64,000 nucleotides of DNA from Felis catus (Eukaryota): contig NC_058373.1 in the NCBI RefSeq assembly GCF_018350175.1, positions 102,426,001 through 102,490,000 of the forward strand, in the 5' to 3' direction. This document shows, piece by piece, positions 1-11,838 of the stretch. Below the pieces are notes generated by a model. It searched no databases and was not told the DNA's origin. It saw only the letters and a program-made list of their open reading frames with translations. The translations under genes and the position numbers were made by a program. The stretch's first letter is position 1; each line of letters begins with the position of its first letter.

Positions 1-63
1 TCTATTCCATTTAGTTCCTTTTCTATAATAAAAATTTCTTGTGTTTCTCTTAACTTTCTGAGT

Positions 64-279
64 TTCTTTTTTCTCCCCAAAGGTGGTTTATTTTAAGAGA
101 GAGAGAGCCATGCACGTGTGTGCACATGCGTGCATGGGGGAGGGGTAGAGAGAATCCCAAGCAGGCTCTGCACTGGCAGCGCAGAGCCAGATATGGGGCT
201 TGAACTCAGGAACTGTGAGATCATGCTGAGCCAAAACCAAGAGTTGGATGCTTAACCACCTGAGCCACCCAGGTGCCCC
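64..279 (-). mobile_element. Carnivore SINE (SINEC)
   Basis: Reverse-complement GGGGCACCTGGGTGGCTCAG head, CT-rich region and A-rich tail. Confidence 0.9.
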
Positions 280-867
280 AACTTTCTATGCTTCTGTTCT
301 CCATTTGCTATGTGGGCTCAGATAAATTATATAAATATATTCTACTAACTTGTAATTTTTTTATAGAATAATATTTTTAAAATAGGTTTTTAACTCTATA
401 AAATAAGCTTTTGGTGGGAACTTCAGGAAAAAATTTCATAGTAATTTTCCATACAACCAGGTGGTATTATGAGCTGCACTTACTTTTGAAGTAGGAAATA
501 ACATTAGAAAAAAGGATGTATGCATATGTTTTCCCAAACCACATGATGATGTCTTGGAGAGCAGAGCCCTCTTTCTTAGCTATCATGGCACAGACCATTG
601 AACCTTGCACTTGGTAGATCTTTTTTTTTTTTTTTTTTTGAATTGAAGTGAATCTTGGGAAAGTGGTAGAAAAATGATTAGACTGTCAGTAGCAATGTGT
701 TAGTCCTTCAAGGGCAGTGGGGAGAAGCTATTAGAATAATGTCATTGTTAGTACTTTTGAAATTATCATCTATTTAGGTAAAGAAACTTAAAGGGCCAAT
801 GTCTATGCTCTAAAGATAGAGACTTTAAGATTTAGTATGGTATCCTCCCATTTTATCTTGAGGTCAA

Positions 868-896
<29 letters not shown>
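868..896. repeat. (GTT)n microsatellite
   Basis: About 9 pure units. Confidence 0.95.
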
Positions 897-898
<2 letters not shown>

Positions 899-1127
899 TA
901 AGCAATGAAGCTCTGATAAGCCAATGAACAGGAAAACAAAAATATTCCCTATACTTGTAGTTGTAGTCCTCCTCGGGCCCCTTCCTGAGGTCTTCATAAT
1001 TTGGAATAGAAAGTGGTGCCTGCCATGTTCCTTCCTGTGTCCTTAGCATGAAAGCAGTGCCTAGCACATAGTTGGTGTTCAGTTCGGTAAACATTTGTTG
1101 AATGAAAATTTATAAATTGATTTCTTT

Positions 1128-1180
1128 TTTAAAATTTAAATCCAAGTTAGCATACAGTGTGATAATGATTTCAGGAATAG
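1128..1180 (-). mobile_element. Ultra-short L1 3' end (carnivore L1)
   Basis: Resembles the 3' terminus of the L1 at 49326-49974 (ttagcata...aatgatttcagga.tagat); 16-bp TSD ataaattgatttcttt at 1112-1127 and 1181-1196. Confidence 0.8.
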
Positions 1181-1329
1181 ATAAATTGATTTCTTTCATT
1201 TGATTTTGCTAGCACAGATTTTCTGGGCAGAGAGGGAGATACTGTTGAGGGACCAAATAGCAATAGCTGACATTTTTGCTTATTTGTTAGGTAGTGGTGA
1301 TGGTATTAATCAGGTAGGCTTATGTTAGG

Positions 1330-1910
1330 ATTTGCATTGTCCTTTCCCTGTGCCTAGAACACTTTTCTCTTAGGTAAATCTTCATGCCTAACTTACTACC
1401 TACCTCCTCCGAATCTCTTATATATCACCTTCTTAAGCCTGTACTGATCACTGTTAAGTATTTTTTTTGAAATTTAATTTTTTTGAAGTTTGTTTTGAGA
1501 GAGAGAGAGTGTGTGTGTATGTGTGAGCAGGATAGGGGGGAGAGAGAGGAAGAGAGAGAGAATCCCAAGCAGTCTCCACACTGTCAGCACGGAGCCTGAT
1601 GCGAGGCTGGAACTCAAGAAACATGAGTTCGTGACCTGAGCCGAAATCAAGAGTCGGTCAGTTAACCAACTGACCTACCCAGGCACCCCTGACCACTCTG
1701 TTTAAAATGGTAACTGCTTCTCTCTCCTTGTACTTCCAAGTTTCCTTATCTTAGTCTGTTTTTTCCCATAACAACTACCTCCTTGAAACATATACTGTAT
1801 AATTTACTTATGATTATTATTTACTGTCTCACCACCAGTGGTAGTTCCTTTAGGGGCTTTGACTATTTGTCCACTGTGTTCTACGTGCCTCATAAATGCT
1901 CAGCAAGCAT
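1330..1910 (+). mobile_element. L2 3' fragment interrupted by a SINE
   Basis: tttgcattgtcctttccctgtgcctagaacac...ataaatgctcagcaagcattt resembles the L2 3' end. Confidence 0.5.
1461..1689 (-). mobile_element. SINEC
   Basis: Consensus head and tail; degenerate TSD ctga(t/c)cact. Confidence 0.9.
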
Positions 1911-2085
1911 TTGAGAGAGTATGCACACGAGTAGGAGAGGTGCAGAGGGAGGGAGAGAGAGAATCTTAAACAGGCTCCACACTCAGTACAGAGGCTGATG
2001 TCGGGCTCCATCTCATCCTGAGATCGTGACCTGAGCCAAAATCAAGAGTCAGACACTCAATGGACGCTAGCCACCCAGGCACCCC
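1910..2085 (-). mobile_element. SINEC
   Basis: Consensus head and GA-rich body. Confidence 0.85.
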
Positions 2086-2439
2086 AATTTTTATTTTAAA
2101 AATTTATATTTGAAAGTACTGTCTTCATTATTTAAAAAGTTTTGCTTTTGGAGACCACTGTGTGCCATTGTGCTACCAAGGCAAACCTGTGCAAGGTTTA
2201 AGGACTATATTCTCGGTGTAAAAGGGACTGAGTTTTGGCTTTGCTGAAATGCATCATCTGCTTCAAACCTCTAGCATCCTTTTGGTGAAGTTGTCATAGC
2301 CTTCAGTGCTGGTTTGGTTAATGAGAAAGAGTCTAGGTTTGAGTGAGTTCCACTGTGTGCCGATGGAACATTTATTTCCTACTGGAGGTGGTTTTCCACA
2401 AAGGGAGGAATGACAATAGCAATAGCTTCCTTCCTTCCT

Positions 2440-2630
2440 TTTGACTAGGCTCTATACTAAACATTTTATGTATATTTTCTTTTCTAATCTTTATTAAAAC
2501 CCTATAAGAAATGTATTCTTGTCCCTTTTTTCTCACAGAAAACTTAAGAGGTCTTAGAGGTTAAACAGGCAGTTTGCTTAGCCAGTAAGTGTGTAGAAGC
2601 TGGAATTTAATTCTGAGCAGTGTGACCTAT
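2440..2630 (-). mobile_element. MIR fragment
   Basis: Degenerate MIR core (...cacagaaaacttaagagg...agaggttaa...agccagtaagtg...agctggaattt). Confidence 0.5.
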
Positions 2631-3531
2631 AGAGGAATTTCACTGCATAAAATGTCTTCCTACTTAAGAGCACCTAGAAGTGAAAAAGAAATGAGAAACA
2701 ACGTAGTGGAACTCTGATGTCACAGAGACCTTTATCTTTTTATTTGCTCCAGCTTCGCATGACTTAAGTTGATTGAATGAGGCCACTGCGATTGAAACAG
2801 TAATGTAATGTTAAAGTTAAGCAATGCGATTTAAATAAAGTACATTTTAAATAGAACCAGAGCTAGCTCCTAACCAGATCTTCTATTACTTAGACTTAGT
2901 TTAGCTCAAGAACAATTTAGCTTATCTCTGGAGCAGAATTTGTATGATCTTCCTTCATTTTCCCTAAAAACTAGATACAGTGGGATGGCAAAAATTATAA
3001 TGTGGCTGCATTGAAAGTATAGTTTAGTATAGGTATAGAAGGGTAGAGAGTGGGTAGGTTTTGTTGTTCTGGATTTAAGAGAAAAGCTTTTCTAGATCCT
3101 AGAATATGTATATAATTATACCAGTGTAAATAGTCATCCCCTGTGTACCACACAAAATCATTTGTAATTTCAGATTTTGATTAGAAAATTCTTATTCTTT
3201 AATGTGAGTTACTTTTTGAACCTTAATTAGCTGTTTGTGTATTTTTGTCTGTAAGATGATGTGTTTTATTTCCCCTGCCGTAAAAATACTTCTGCTCTGT
3301 CTTAAGGAGCCTCATACCTGGGTATCTCCAGTATTATAAATTAATTTTTAATTTAAGTTTTAAAACCATGGTGGTTTATGGGGAGTGTATTAGAACCTAT
3401 ACTTGCAGGAAATCATGCTTACGGATACATACTTATATGCTGAACCCAGTAATGTTCTTACGATAGGAAGGGTTGTAGGATACTATTGTGTACATAGCTA
3501 GTAGAACCATTTTATTTAAAAAAATTCTCCA

Positions 3532-3751
3532 GGGGCACCTGGGTGGCTCAGTTGGTTGAGTGTTGGACTTTGGCTCAGGTCACAATCTCATGTTTCATGG
3601 GTTTGAGCCCAGAATCGGACTCCATGCTGACAGTTTGGAGCCTGCCTGGAATTCTCTCTCTTACCCTCTCTGCCCTTCCCCCACTCATTCATTTTCTCTC
3701 TCTGTCTCTGTCTCTGTCTCTGTCTCTGTCTCTCTCAAGGAAAAAAAAAAA
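3532..3751 (+). mobile_element. SINEC
   Basis: Head, (CTCTGT)n tract, poly-A; TSD aaaaattctccag. Confidence 0.92.
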
Positions 3752-4222
3752 TTCTCCAGAGTAAGACATAGGTACTTATTTTGGAGATACATTGAGACTT
3801 TTCTGGCCTGAAATGATCATTGGTGAGAGTTGTGTCCCTTTTGGGTCTCTAGAACTGTGGTGAGAACATCATATTGAATGAGGTCCTTTTCTTGACACTC
3901 CCATTCAATTTTAGTGGGATGAAATACTGAAAACTTTTTCTTAATCCTTCTTTTTCCCCTTTTGAAGTAGCCAGCAAAGGCTTTTTTCTCAAATGCATGT
4001 TCATGGTGAGGGAAAAATGTGATGGTTCAGAAGAGTTTATGATGAAAACACTAGTTCCTTTTCCCACCCCTCCCCACCTCAGTTCCCTTTTCAGGGAAAC
4101 CACAACAGTTGTTTCTGGTGGATTCTTTTAGTTTACTTCTTTCATTTCTTGGTTTCCTAATTTTAAGCATTATCTATTGATTTTCTGCTTTGATAGTCAA
4201 GGTTTAACTCTTATTTACCAAC

Positions 4223-4696
4223 TGTCAAGAATTATAAGGGATCTGAGATTTGACCTTACTTGAAGCTAACAAGTTAGCCTGCCAGTTTTGTGGATGCTGG
4301 TGGAAGGCTCAGTTAGAGATAAAGTACAGTTTATTACTCATAGCAGTAGCAGTAGCCAGAGTAGCAGCATTCATTTATGTCAGTGTCCTAAGCCTCAATT
4401 CCCACAGGGCACTGCAGATAGGGCCACATAATACCTGTTTGCATAGTAGGTTTTGTTACTGGAGAAAACTCTGAGCTTAGAGATTTCAAATATTTTATAA
4501 TGGGCAGTAAGTGTGCCTGGCCTTTGCTCCAGAGGGAGATAGTAAGCATGTCTGCTTTTTGTTCTTGAAGAAAAGACTTTCTATCTTGCAAGGTCGTTTG
4601 CTGTATGAACATCTTTGAAAATAACAGTCCAGAACAAAGAGCAGACAGTGTCTTGCCTGAAAGACCTAGAGACCCATTACAAATTATTTCTTCACA
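4223..4696 (-). mobile_element. Solo LTR, LTR40-like (ERVL)
   Basis: TG...CA ends; minus strand atgggtctct...ctttgttctggactgttattttcaaagatgtt...ctctggagcaaaggccagg resembles LTR40. Confidence 0.65.
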
Positions 4697-4849
4697 CCAC
4701 TACCCCATTCCCCATCTTCTTTCTGCTGTAGTTCTGCCATTATTTTTAGCTCTCTGGTCATCTTGGTAAATACTATGTATTTATTTTTATTTCACTAACA
4801 ATAGATGGTGTCTTTTGACTTCCTGCTCTGAAAGAGGAGTATATAAGAT

Positions 4850-5260
4850 AGGAATCCTTTAAGTGTTAGAAAACTAGTTCAACCATAACTTAAGTGGAAA
4901 AGAAAATTGGTTTGAAGAACTGAGAGTCTGAGGAGGATAGAGTAGGACAGGATCCACATGCTCAATCCTTGCTTTGAAGAGTTGCTCTCTTGCTGTTATC
5001 AGTCCGATTTCCTCCTTTTAGCTTTATTTTCAGGATCCTTCACACCCTGCCACCCCCCCACCCCCACCCCGCCACCCATTCTAGGCTGTGTGTTTATTTC
5101 CAAACAAGTTATGGCAAGGTGGAGAGAATAGACTGGTATAGTTAACAGCCTGGTCACATGCACACTCTTAGAGATGGGTATGGGGTCAACCCTATATGAA
5201 ACACATGTGTTAGGGGTCTGAAGAAGGTAATTCTCCAAAGATAAAACAGGATGCCATTAC
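4850..5260. mobile_element. Old MaLR LTR fragment (MLT1J/K-like)
   Basis: ggtcacatgcacac...gtaattctccaaagataaaacaggatgccattacc motifs. Confidence 0.4.
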
Positions 5261-5949
5261 CTCCCCATATCAGAATTCTCATTTGTATTCTTTTTTGGGG
5301 GGCATTTTTTGCTTTTATAGCTTCCTATGAAACAGTTAAGTTACACTTTTTAAAGATGATATCAAATTTCTAGTATCTCCCTTTTTCATAGTTAGCTTCC
5401 TTGATGCCCCCTATCTTCCTGCTCCATTCTGTGAGCTTTATTTAGAACTGCTGCCCAACTGACATCCTGTGACTTGCCTTCATTATGCTCCTGTTTCCCA
5501 TATATTCCTCTAGTGTACATACTAAGGTAAGATGTGTGGGAGGTAAATTTTGAGTGATTCCATGTCTGGAAGGGTTTTTATTTTGTTCTTAAACTGGAAT
5601 GTTAGTGTGGCTGGGAATGGAATTCTAGGTTTGAACATCATTTTCTGTCACATTTTTAAAGGCATTGCTCAACTATTAGTATCCTTCATTATTGATGAGA
5701 ATTCCTAGACCAGTTTGATTCTTGGTTCCTTTGTAGATGAGCTGCCTTTTCTCTGAAAGCTTTTAGTATCTTTTTGATCTCGTCTGAAATTTTCCAATGA
5801 TATGTCTTGATGTTGGTCTCTATTCATTTGAGCACTGAGCGGGCCCTATTGTAAGACTTCTATAAATCTATTAACTTAATCATCTTTTGGTGAAAACATA
5901 TTTTTTTGGAAACTTTCTCCAATTTTTTTTCTTTTCATTCTGGATTTCT

Positions 5950-6122
5950 TTTTTTTTTTTAATTTTTTATTGAAGGATAGTTGACACATAATGTTACTAG
6001 TTTCAAGTGTAGAACATAGTGATTCACCATCTCTATATGTTACACTGTGCTCTCCACAAGTGTACTTACCATCTGTGACTCTCCAGTGCTGTTATAATAC
6101 ATACCACTGACTGTATTCCCTG
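5950..6122 (-). mobile_element. L1 3' end fragment
   Basis: Poly-T followed by ttttattgaag.atagttgacacataatgtta...agtttcaagtgta; TSD-like ttctgga(t/a)ttctt. Confidence 0.8.
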
Positions 6123-6252
6123 TTCTTTCTGGAATTCTTCTAATCAAATGCTGATCTCCTGGACTGATGCTGTGGGTCCTTTGGTAATTTTCTGTCTCTG
6201 TTTTTGTCTATTTTCTAGATTTCATCTTCACAACTTCAAACTTTATATTGCC

Positions 6253-6457
6253 TTTTTATTTATTTTAAAGTTTATTTATTTTGAGAGAGAGAGAGAGCAT
6301 GAGCAGGGGAGGGGCAGAGAGAGAGGGAGAATCCCAAGCAGGCTCCGTGCTATTAGCGCAGAGCCCAACATGGGGCTCAGTCTCATGATCCTGAGATCGT
6401 GACCTGAGCTGAAACCAAGAATTGGATGCTTAACTGACCGAGCCACCCAGGCGCCTC
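6253..6457 (-). mobile_element. SINEC
   Basis: Consensus; TSD tatattg. Confidence 0.9.
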
Positions 6458-6741
6458 CTCTATATTGTCTCTTTAAATTGATATTTTATTTCCAAGAGTC
6501 TTTTCTCATTCTTTTTTGCTTTTTCGCGGCATCGTGTTTTGCTTTATGGATGCAATATCTCGACTGTTTCTGAGGATCTTAATTACAAGGCTTTTGACAA
6601 GATCTGTTCTGTTTTATGAATTCTCTTTCTTCCTTTGTCACATTTCTTTAACTTTTGTTGCCTTGTCTCTTTCAAGGTACAGGTGTTTGATTCTGATTTA
6701 CCCAATCAAATGGAAGAATGAAACTGTATAAAATTGATTTT

Positions 6742-6911
6742 GGGGGTGCCTAGGTGGCTCAGTTGGTTAAGTGTCTGACTCTTGATTTTGGCTCAGGTCA
6801 TGATCTCACAGTCTGAGATCAAGCCTGGAACTCTGCACTGGGCATGGAGCCTACTTAAGATTCTGTCTCTCCCTCTTCTCCTCTCCTGCATGTGCTCTCT
6901 CACGCTCTCAA

Positions 6912-6957
<46 letters not shown>

Positions 6958-6958
6958 A
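6742..6958 (+). mobile_element. SINEC with (AAT)n tail
   Basis: Consensus head; TSD taaaattgatt. Confidence 0.9.
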
Positions 6959-7254
6959 TAAAATTGATTGGGATCTCTGCCTAGACAAGGTCTGTCAACT
7001 GGTGAGCTTTGCGTTAAGGTGAGCAGTTTGGGGAGGCCCCATTATTCTTGGTCAGTGGTGCTAATGCCTTTAATAGTTGCTGTTCTCTTCAGACAGTTTA
7101 ATTTCATTAAAGAAGGATCTTCTAGTTTTAAATGTTTTTAATATTGTAAAATTTCAAAGATAATGAGGATTATGAAAAGAGCCAATGATATAGGGTCTAG
7201 AAGTGTTCAAATCATCTTTCCTGCGTTTTAGAGTCAAAAGTTTTAAGGTATAGA

Positions 7255-7498
7255 GTAGTATAGTAGAGAACAGCCCAGACGTTAAGAGCCAGAGTGCTCG
7301 TGGTCAAATCTGGTTCTGCCACTGAGTTACACTTAGGTCACTTAACAAGTTACTTAGCCTTTCAGTGCCTGCCCACTTTTCTCATCTGTAATATTTAGAT
7401 AATAATAATAATACTCACCTATTAGGGTTGTTATGAGGATTTAGTTAAAAATACATACTAGATACTTGGCATATGATAAATTCTCAGAAGGTGTTAAT
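7255..7498 (+). mobile_element. MIR
   Basis: caagttacttagcct...ttttctcatctgtaa...ataataatactcacc...agggttgttatgaggatt core. Confidence 0.85.
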
Positions 7499-8423
7499 TT
7501 TTTTTCTCTCTTTGCCAATAATAATTATGCAATTTAGATATGGTGATGATTGCCCACAGCAGAGATTCTGGTACGATTAGGTAACTTTAGATTGTGTTTT
7601 TCTCTTTAGAACCTCAAAAAACATTTGGTGTCATTACTTGAAGTGCTGAAATGTGTATGTGCAAATGTTTTCGTAAAAGTCTTTGAAAGGTTCTCCTCCC
7701 CCACCTCCAAAGGATCTTACTAAAGATAACTTGATAAGAAAAGTAGTCTTGGAGCACAGCCAGAAAACTAGGAATGAAAAAATACTATTTTCATTCCCAG
7801 AAACCTCTGTACAATCAGAATCATATGTGCTCAGGATGTTAGGGAAGCTTTGTTCCCGTGCAAAACACACTGACAGTCCTACTTCTTGGATTTCAGAAAA
7901 TGTTGAAAGTGTCTTTATAAATTGATGTCTAGGGCAGGACTGGCAGGAGGAAATAGTTCTTGAAAGAATTTTTTTTTTCTTCTAGTACGCCCCCATTATG
8001 TTGGAACACTGTGAGACTTCCTCACCACACTCTTCTGTTTGTGAAATTCAGGTGAATTATATAAAACTCTTGTGTGGTTGTTCCTGTCTCCCTACCCTCT
8101 CCAAACTTGACCCTTATTTGAACTAGGGGGTTTTAGTTTGAATTATTGATCTTGTTTTTTGTTTTTGTTTTTGTTTTTTCCTCTCCCACATAGTGGAGGA
8201 AGTCCTTGGAATTTATTACTGTTCCTGTTATTATTATTTACTTTTTGAAATGCAGATGCACACAAAAGTAGTCAGTGAGCCCCTGTATATCAGTTAGTTT
8301 CAACATTTTGCCATAGTTGTTTATTCTTGTCCCCATTTAAAAACAATTTTTAAACCAAATTCTAGACATTGTGTCATTTTAGCGCTGAATGTATCAATAT
8401 GTGTTTTTTAAAGGGACATTTTT

Positions 8424-8636
8424 GGGTACCTAGGTGGCTCAGTCGGTGAAGCGTCCAACTTCAGCTCAGGTCACGATCTCACAGCTTGTGGGTTTAAGTC
8501 CCACACCGGGCTCTGTGTTGACAGCTCAGAGCCTGGAGCCTGCTTTGAATTCTGTGTCTCCCCCTCTCTCTGCCCGTCCCATGCTCATGCTCTGTCTCTG
8601 TCTCTCTCTGTCCCAAAAATAAATTTTTAAAAAAAT
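8424..8636 (+). mobile_element. SINEC_Fc-type SINE
   Basis: Consensus; TSD ttttaaagggacatt. Confidence 0.92.
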
Positions 8637-9188
8637 TTTTTTAAAGGGACATTCTCCCCCATAACCACAGGGCCATTGTTTTACCTAACAAAATTAACAG
8701 ATTGTTCTGTTGCCTAGCTTTTGAATTTTACTCTCCATATTAGTATCATCAAATTCCTTTACGTTGTCTAAAACCCAGATATATTCAAGTAGTGGTATCA
8801 TTTTTAAAGGACCTGTTTTTCTTCATTTACTTGAAAATAATTTGTATTTTCCAAGTGCTTTGATTTTAATTTACAGAAAGTTTCAAGCACATAAAATAGA
8901 TGAAATCCATGTAATAACCCCCCATGTACCTACCACCCAGCTTTGACAGTTATCAACTCAGTGTTCAGTTTTCTTTCATCTGTTCTTCCACTTTCTTCCT
9001 CTGGGGTTATTTTCAGACAAATCACAGATGTCATTTCATTTGTAGTCTAGTGTATCTTTAAAGGATAAGGACTCTTTAAAATATATGTATATATATATTA
9101 AAATGTATATATGTATTTATCCCCCCAAGCCTTGATATCATCAAATATCCATTGTTCAAATTTCCAGTTGTCTCACACGTCCTAGTTT

Positions 9189-9766
9189 ATTATATTTATT
9201 TATTTTTCAAATGTTACAGTTTTTTTAAAGCTTACACAAAGGCAATTTATTAACAGAAGACAATGATTTGGGAATCCTGCTCATAGACCGCAACCACAAT
9301 GACCCCTATTCTTGTGGGTGCTATTGGAGGGGATAGGGGTGACATTCTCAATCCTCCTGATCTTCATTCCTGAGTGGGCAAGGGCTCTGAGGACTGACTG
9401 GGCCTAGGTTCAGGGGTCTTGGTTCTATTTCCTCCTGTGGCCTGGAGTTTGATGTGGAGTACAGTGATGCTCAGCTCCTTGCACCCTCTGGGCTACATCC
9501 TGGGCAGCCAACATGGCAGCGTAGGGAGAGGATGCATCTTGGTCAGCCTCACCTTCATCCCACCGTCACCTGGCAGATTGTTGCCTTGACAGATTGGTGA
9601 CTTGGACAGATGTGTCACTGAGACATGTAAAGATGTGGTAGACAGCAAACGCATTTTCTCCTTCAGCTACCTGAGGTCCAAGGCTAATGACCTATTCTTC
9701 CTTCTTTTCTTTCTCCTTGCAAGGAGCCTTTTCTGAGTGTCTCCTCCATACTCTAACACTGGAAAG
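9189..9766 (-). pseudogene. RPS14: Processed pseudogene of 40S ribosomal protein S14
   Basis: Minus strand reads (AAG for ATG)[26 protein letters not shown]..., later [31 protein letters not shown] and [16 protein letters not shown], matching RPS14 with no introns. 5' end CTTTCC (9761-9766), stop at 9281-9283, AATAAA at 9246-9251, decayed A-tail, TSD-like a(c/t)gtcctagttt at ~9177-9188 and ~9771-9782. Lost start, internal stop and frameshifts. Confidence 0.95.
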
Positions 9767-10142
9767 CTCAATGTCCTAGTTTTAATCAGGATCCACATAA
9801 GGTCACGAACTTCCAGACGGTTGGTAATGACTTTTTAAATCCTTTTTAGTTTAGAGCTTCCCCCTCACTACCTCTTTTTTATCCCTCTTCTGGTAATTTC
9901 TTTATTAAAGAAACCAGGTTTTTGGTCCTTTAGAGTTTCCAAGTCTGGATTTTAATGATTATATCCCTGTGGTTTATAACATGTTCTTATGTCTTGTTCT
10001 CTCTAGTAAACTGTTGAGCATACTAAATATTCTTGTAATTCTGAAAATACAAAGGTTATTATTTTGTAAATTTTAGAGTTGATTTAAATGCTATACAGGT
10101 GTATAATGCCAGTTACCATTTAAGGTGTGGCCTTTTCTTTTT

Positions 10143-10361
10143 TTAATTTTTTTTTTTTTAACGTTTATTTATTTTTGGGACAGAGAGAGACAGAGCATGA
10201 ACGGGGGAGGGGCAGAGAGAGAGGGAGACACAGAATCGGAAACAGGCTCCAGGCTCCGAGCCATCAGCCCAGAGCCCGACGCGGGGCTCGAACTCACGGA
10301 CCGCAAGATCGTGACCTGGCTGAAGTCGGACGCTTAACCGACTGCGCCACCCAGGCGCCCC
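10143..10361 (-). mobile_element. Young SINEC_Fc
   Basis: CpG-rich, near-identical to 25296-25522; TSD gtgtggccttttcttttt. Confidence 0.95.
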
Positions 10362-10394
10362 AAGTGTGGCCTTTTCTTTTTGGTGAAACAGTAT

Positions 10395-10610
10395 TTTAAA
10401 AAAATATTTTAATCCCCCCTCCATATTTTATTTGAGAGAGAGTGTGTGAGTGAGTGGGGGAGGGGCAGAGAGAAGGAGAGAGAGAGAATCCCAAGCAGGC
10501 TCTGTGCTGTCAGCACAGAGCCCAACATGGGGCTTGATCCCACACACCGTGAGATCATGACCTGACCCAAAATCAGAGACGCTGAACCGGCTGAGCTATC
10601 CGGGCACTCC
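10395..10610 (-). mobile_element. SINEC
   Basis: Consensus; TSD gtgaaacagtattt. Confidence 0.88.
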
Positions 10611-11426
10611 AGTGAAACAGTATTTGTAAAGTGAGTTGATAGCTAATTAGAAGTTGTAAGCCAGATTCCTTGGTATTGCAGTGGACTACTCTTCACATAA
10701 TGAAAAGCAGCCCTGTCAGGGCAACATTAAAAATAATTTTATTGATGTTACGCAGTATCTAGTACACTTAGCTTTATCTTCTGAAATACATAGGTAGGGG
10801 AATTCCGTTGTATCCTCATGTAAAATGAAGGCTGTATCAGTGGCCTTTGGTGGGTCTTGAGTGAGAAAGCACCTAGCACAGTGCCAAGTATGGAAGAGAC
10901 ATTTGAATGTTCATTTCCTTTTCTGTAAGCATGGTCATAATTGTGAGATTCTTCTGTCTTCATTAGAAAGTTTTAGGTAAAAGGCTGGTGGCCAGGAAAA
11001 CCATACCTAGTCTAAAGGGTTAGTTTGGGCCAAGAACAGGTCTGTCAGAGTGAGCCAGGGTGCACAGTCTTAGAACAGGTTATGGAATAGATGGTCAGAA
11101 CAGATGAGTCATGTCACACATACCCGTGTTCCACTGTTCTCCCTTTCCCCTCAATCCATGTTCCACTGTTCCCCTTTCCCCACCGACCTCTGTGGTTGCT
11201 GTCTGACAGATAGTACAGCAGAAGATGGACATTAGGTCAGTCCTAGTACAAGAAAAACAGTGATTGGACCACTAGGAAGACAGAGCAGCAGAGGTGGCCA
11301 TAGGGAACTAGGGACCAGGCAAACAGACTGGTCGAAAGATGTAGGTATAGCTGCAGCAGCAAGGAAGGACAAGGTGGTTGCAGAGAAACGTGCAGAAAGT
11401 CTAATGAGAACAACCATGAAGGACCA

Positions 11427-11592
11427 TTTCTCTCCTCCTCCTCCTCCTCCTCCTCCTCCTCCTCCTCTTCCCCCTCCCCTTCCCCTCTCCCTCCCCTTCC
11501 TCCTCCTCCTCCTCCTCCTCCTCCTCCTCTTCTTCTTCTTCTTCTTCTTCTTCTTCTTCTTCTTCTTCTTCTTCTTCTTCTTCTTCTTTCTT
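11427..11592. repeat. Compound (TCC)n/(TTC)n polypyrimidine microsatellite
   Basis: About 165 bp of pure C/T on +, ending in about 20 TTC units. Confidence 0.97.
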
Positions 11593-11838
11593 GCAGTTTC
11601 TGGTTTCTTAAATGACAGTTTTCTTTCATGAGGCCTTAAAATAGTTTACTGGTAAGAGTATTTCAGCTAAGCTTCTAGGTTTGAATAACAGAACATCCAA
11701 ATGGAGATGACTTTTGGAATTCTTTTTATCAGCTAGAATCAGACATTTGGACCATCTAGTACACTTAGCTTCTGCTTGCTCCTGCTTGGTTGTATAGGAA
11801 ATTTATATGATGTTAGGCTAGCTAATAGTATAGAAATT

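Larger units (their letters stand above)
4010..7130 (-). mobile_element. Fragmented HAL1/ancient L1-like element
   Basis: ggctgggaatggaattctaggtt, ctctgaaagcttttag and tgaaattttccaatgatatgtctt are typical of antisense HAL1/L1ME; shares motifs with 28960-33470; interrupted by LTRs, an L1 and SINEs. Confidence 0.55.
8230..10060 (-). mobile_element. Old L1 (L1MC-like) 3' fragments hosting a SINE and the RPS14 pseudogene
   Basis: cccatgtacctaccacccagctt, aaggataaggactcttt, aatcaggatcca...taaggtcac and aagaaaccagg motifs. Confidence 0.6.

Noticed and set aside
803..1094. ORFs with poly-Q or poly-T runs
   Set aside because: Produced by the (GTT)n repeat; no homology recognised
11232..11631. ORFs with poly-R/G/E or poly-P/L/F runs
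   Set aside because: Translations of the TCC/TTC microsatellite
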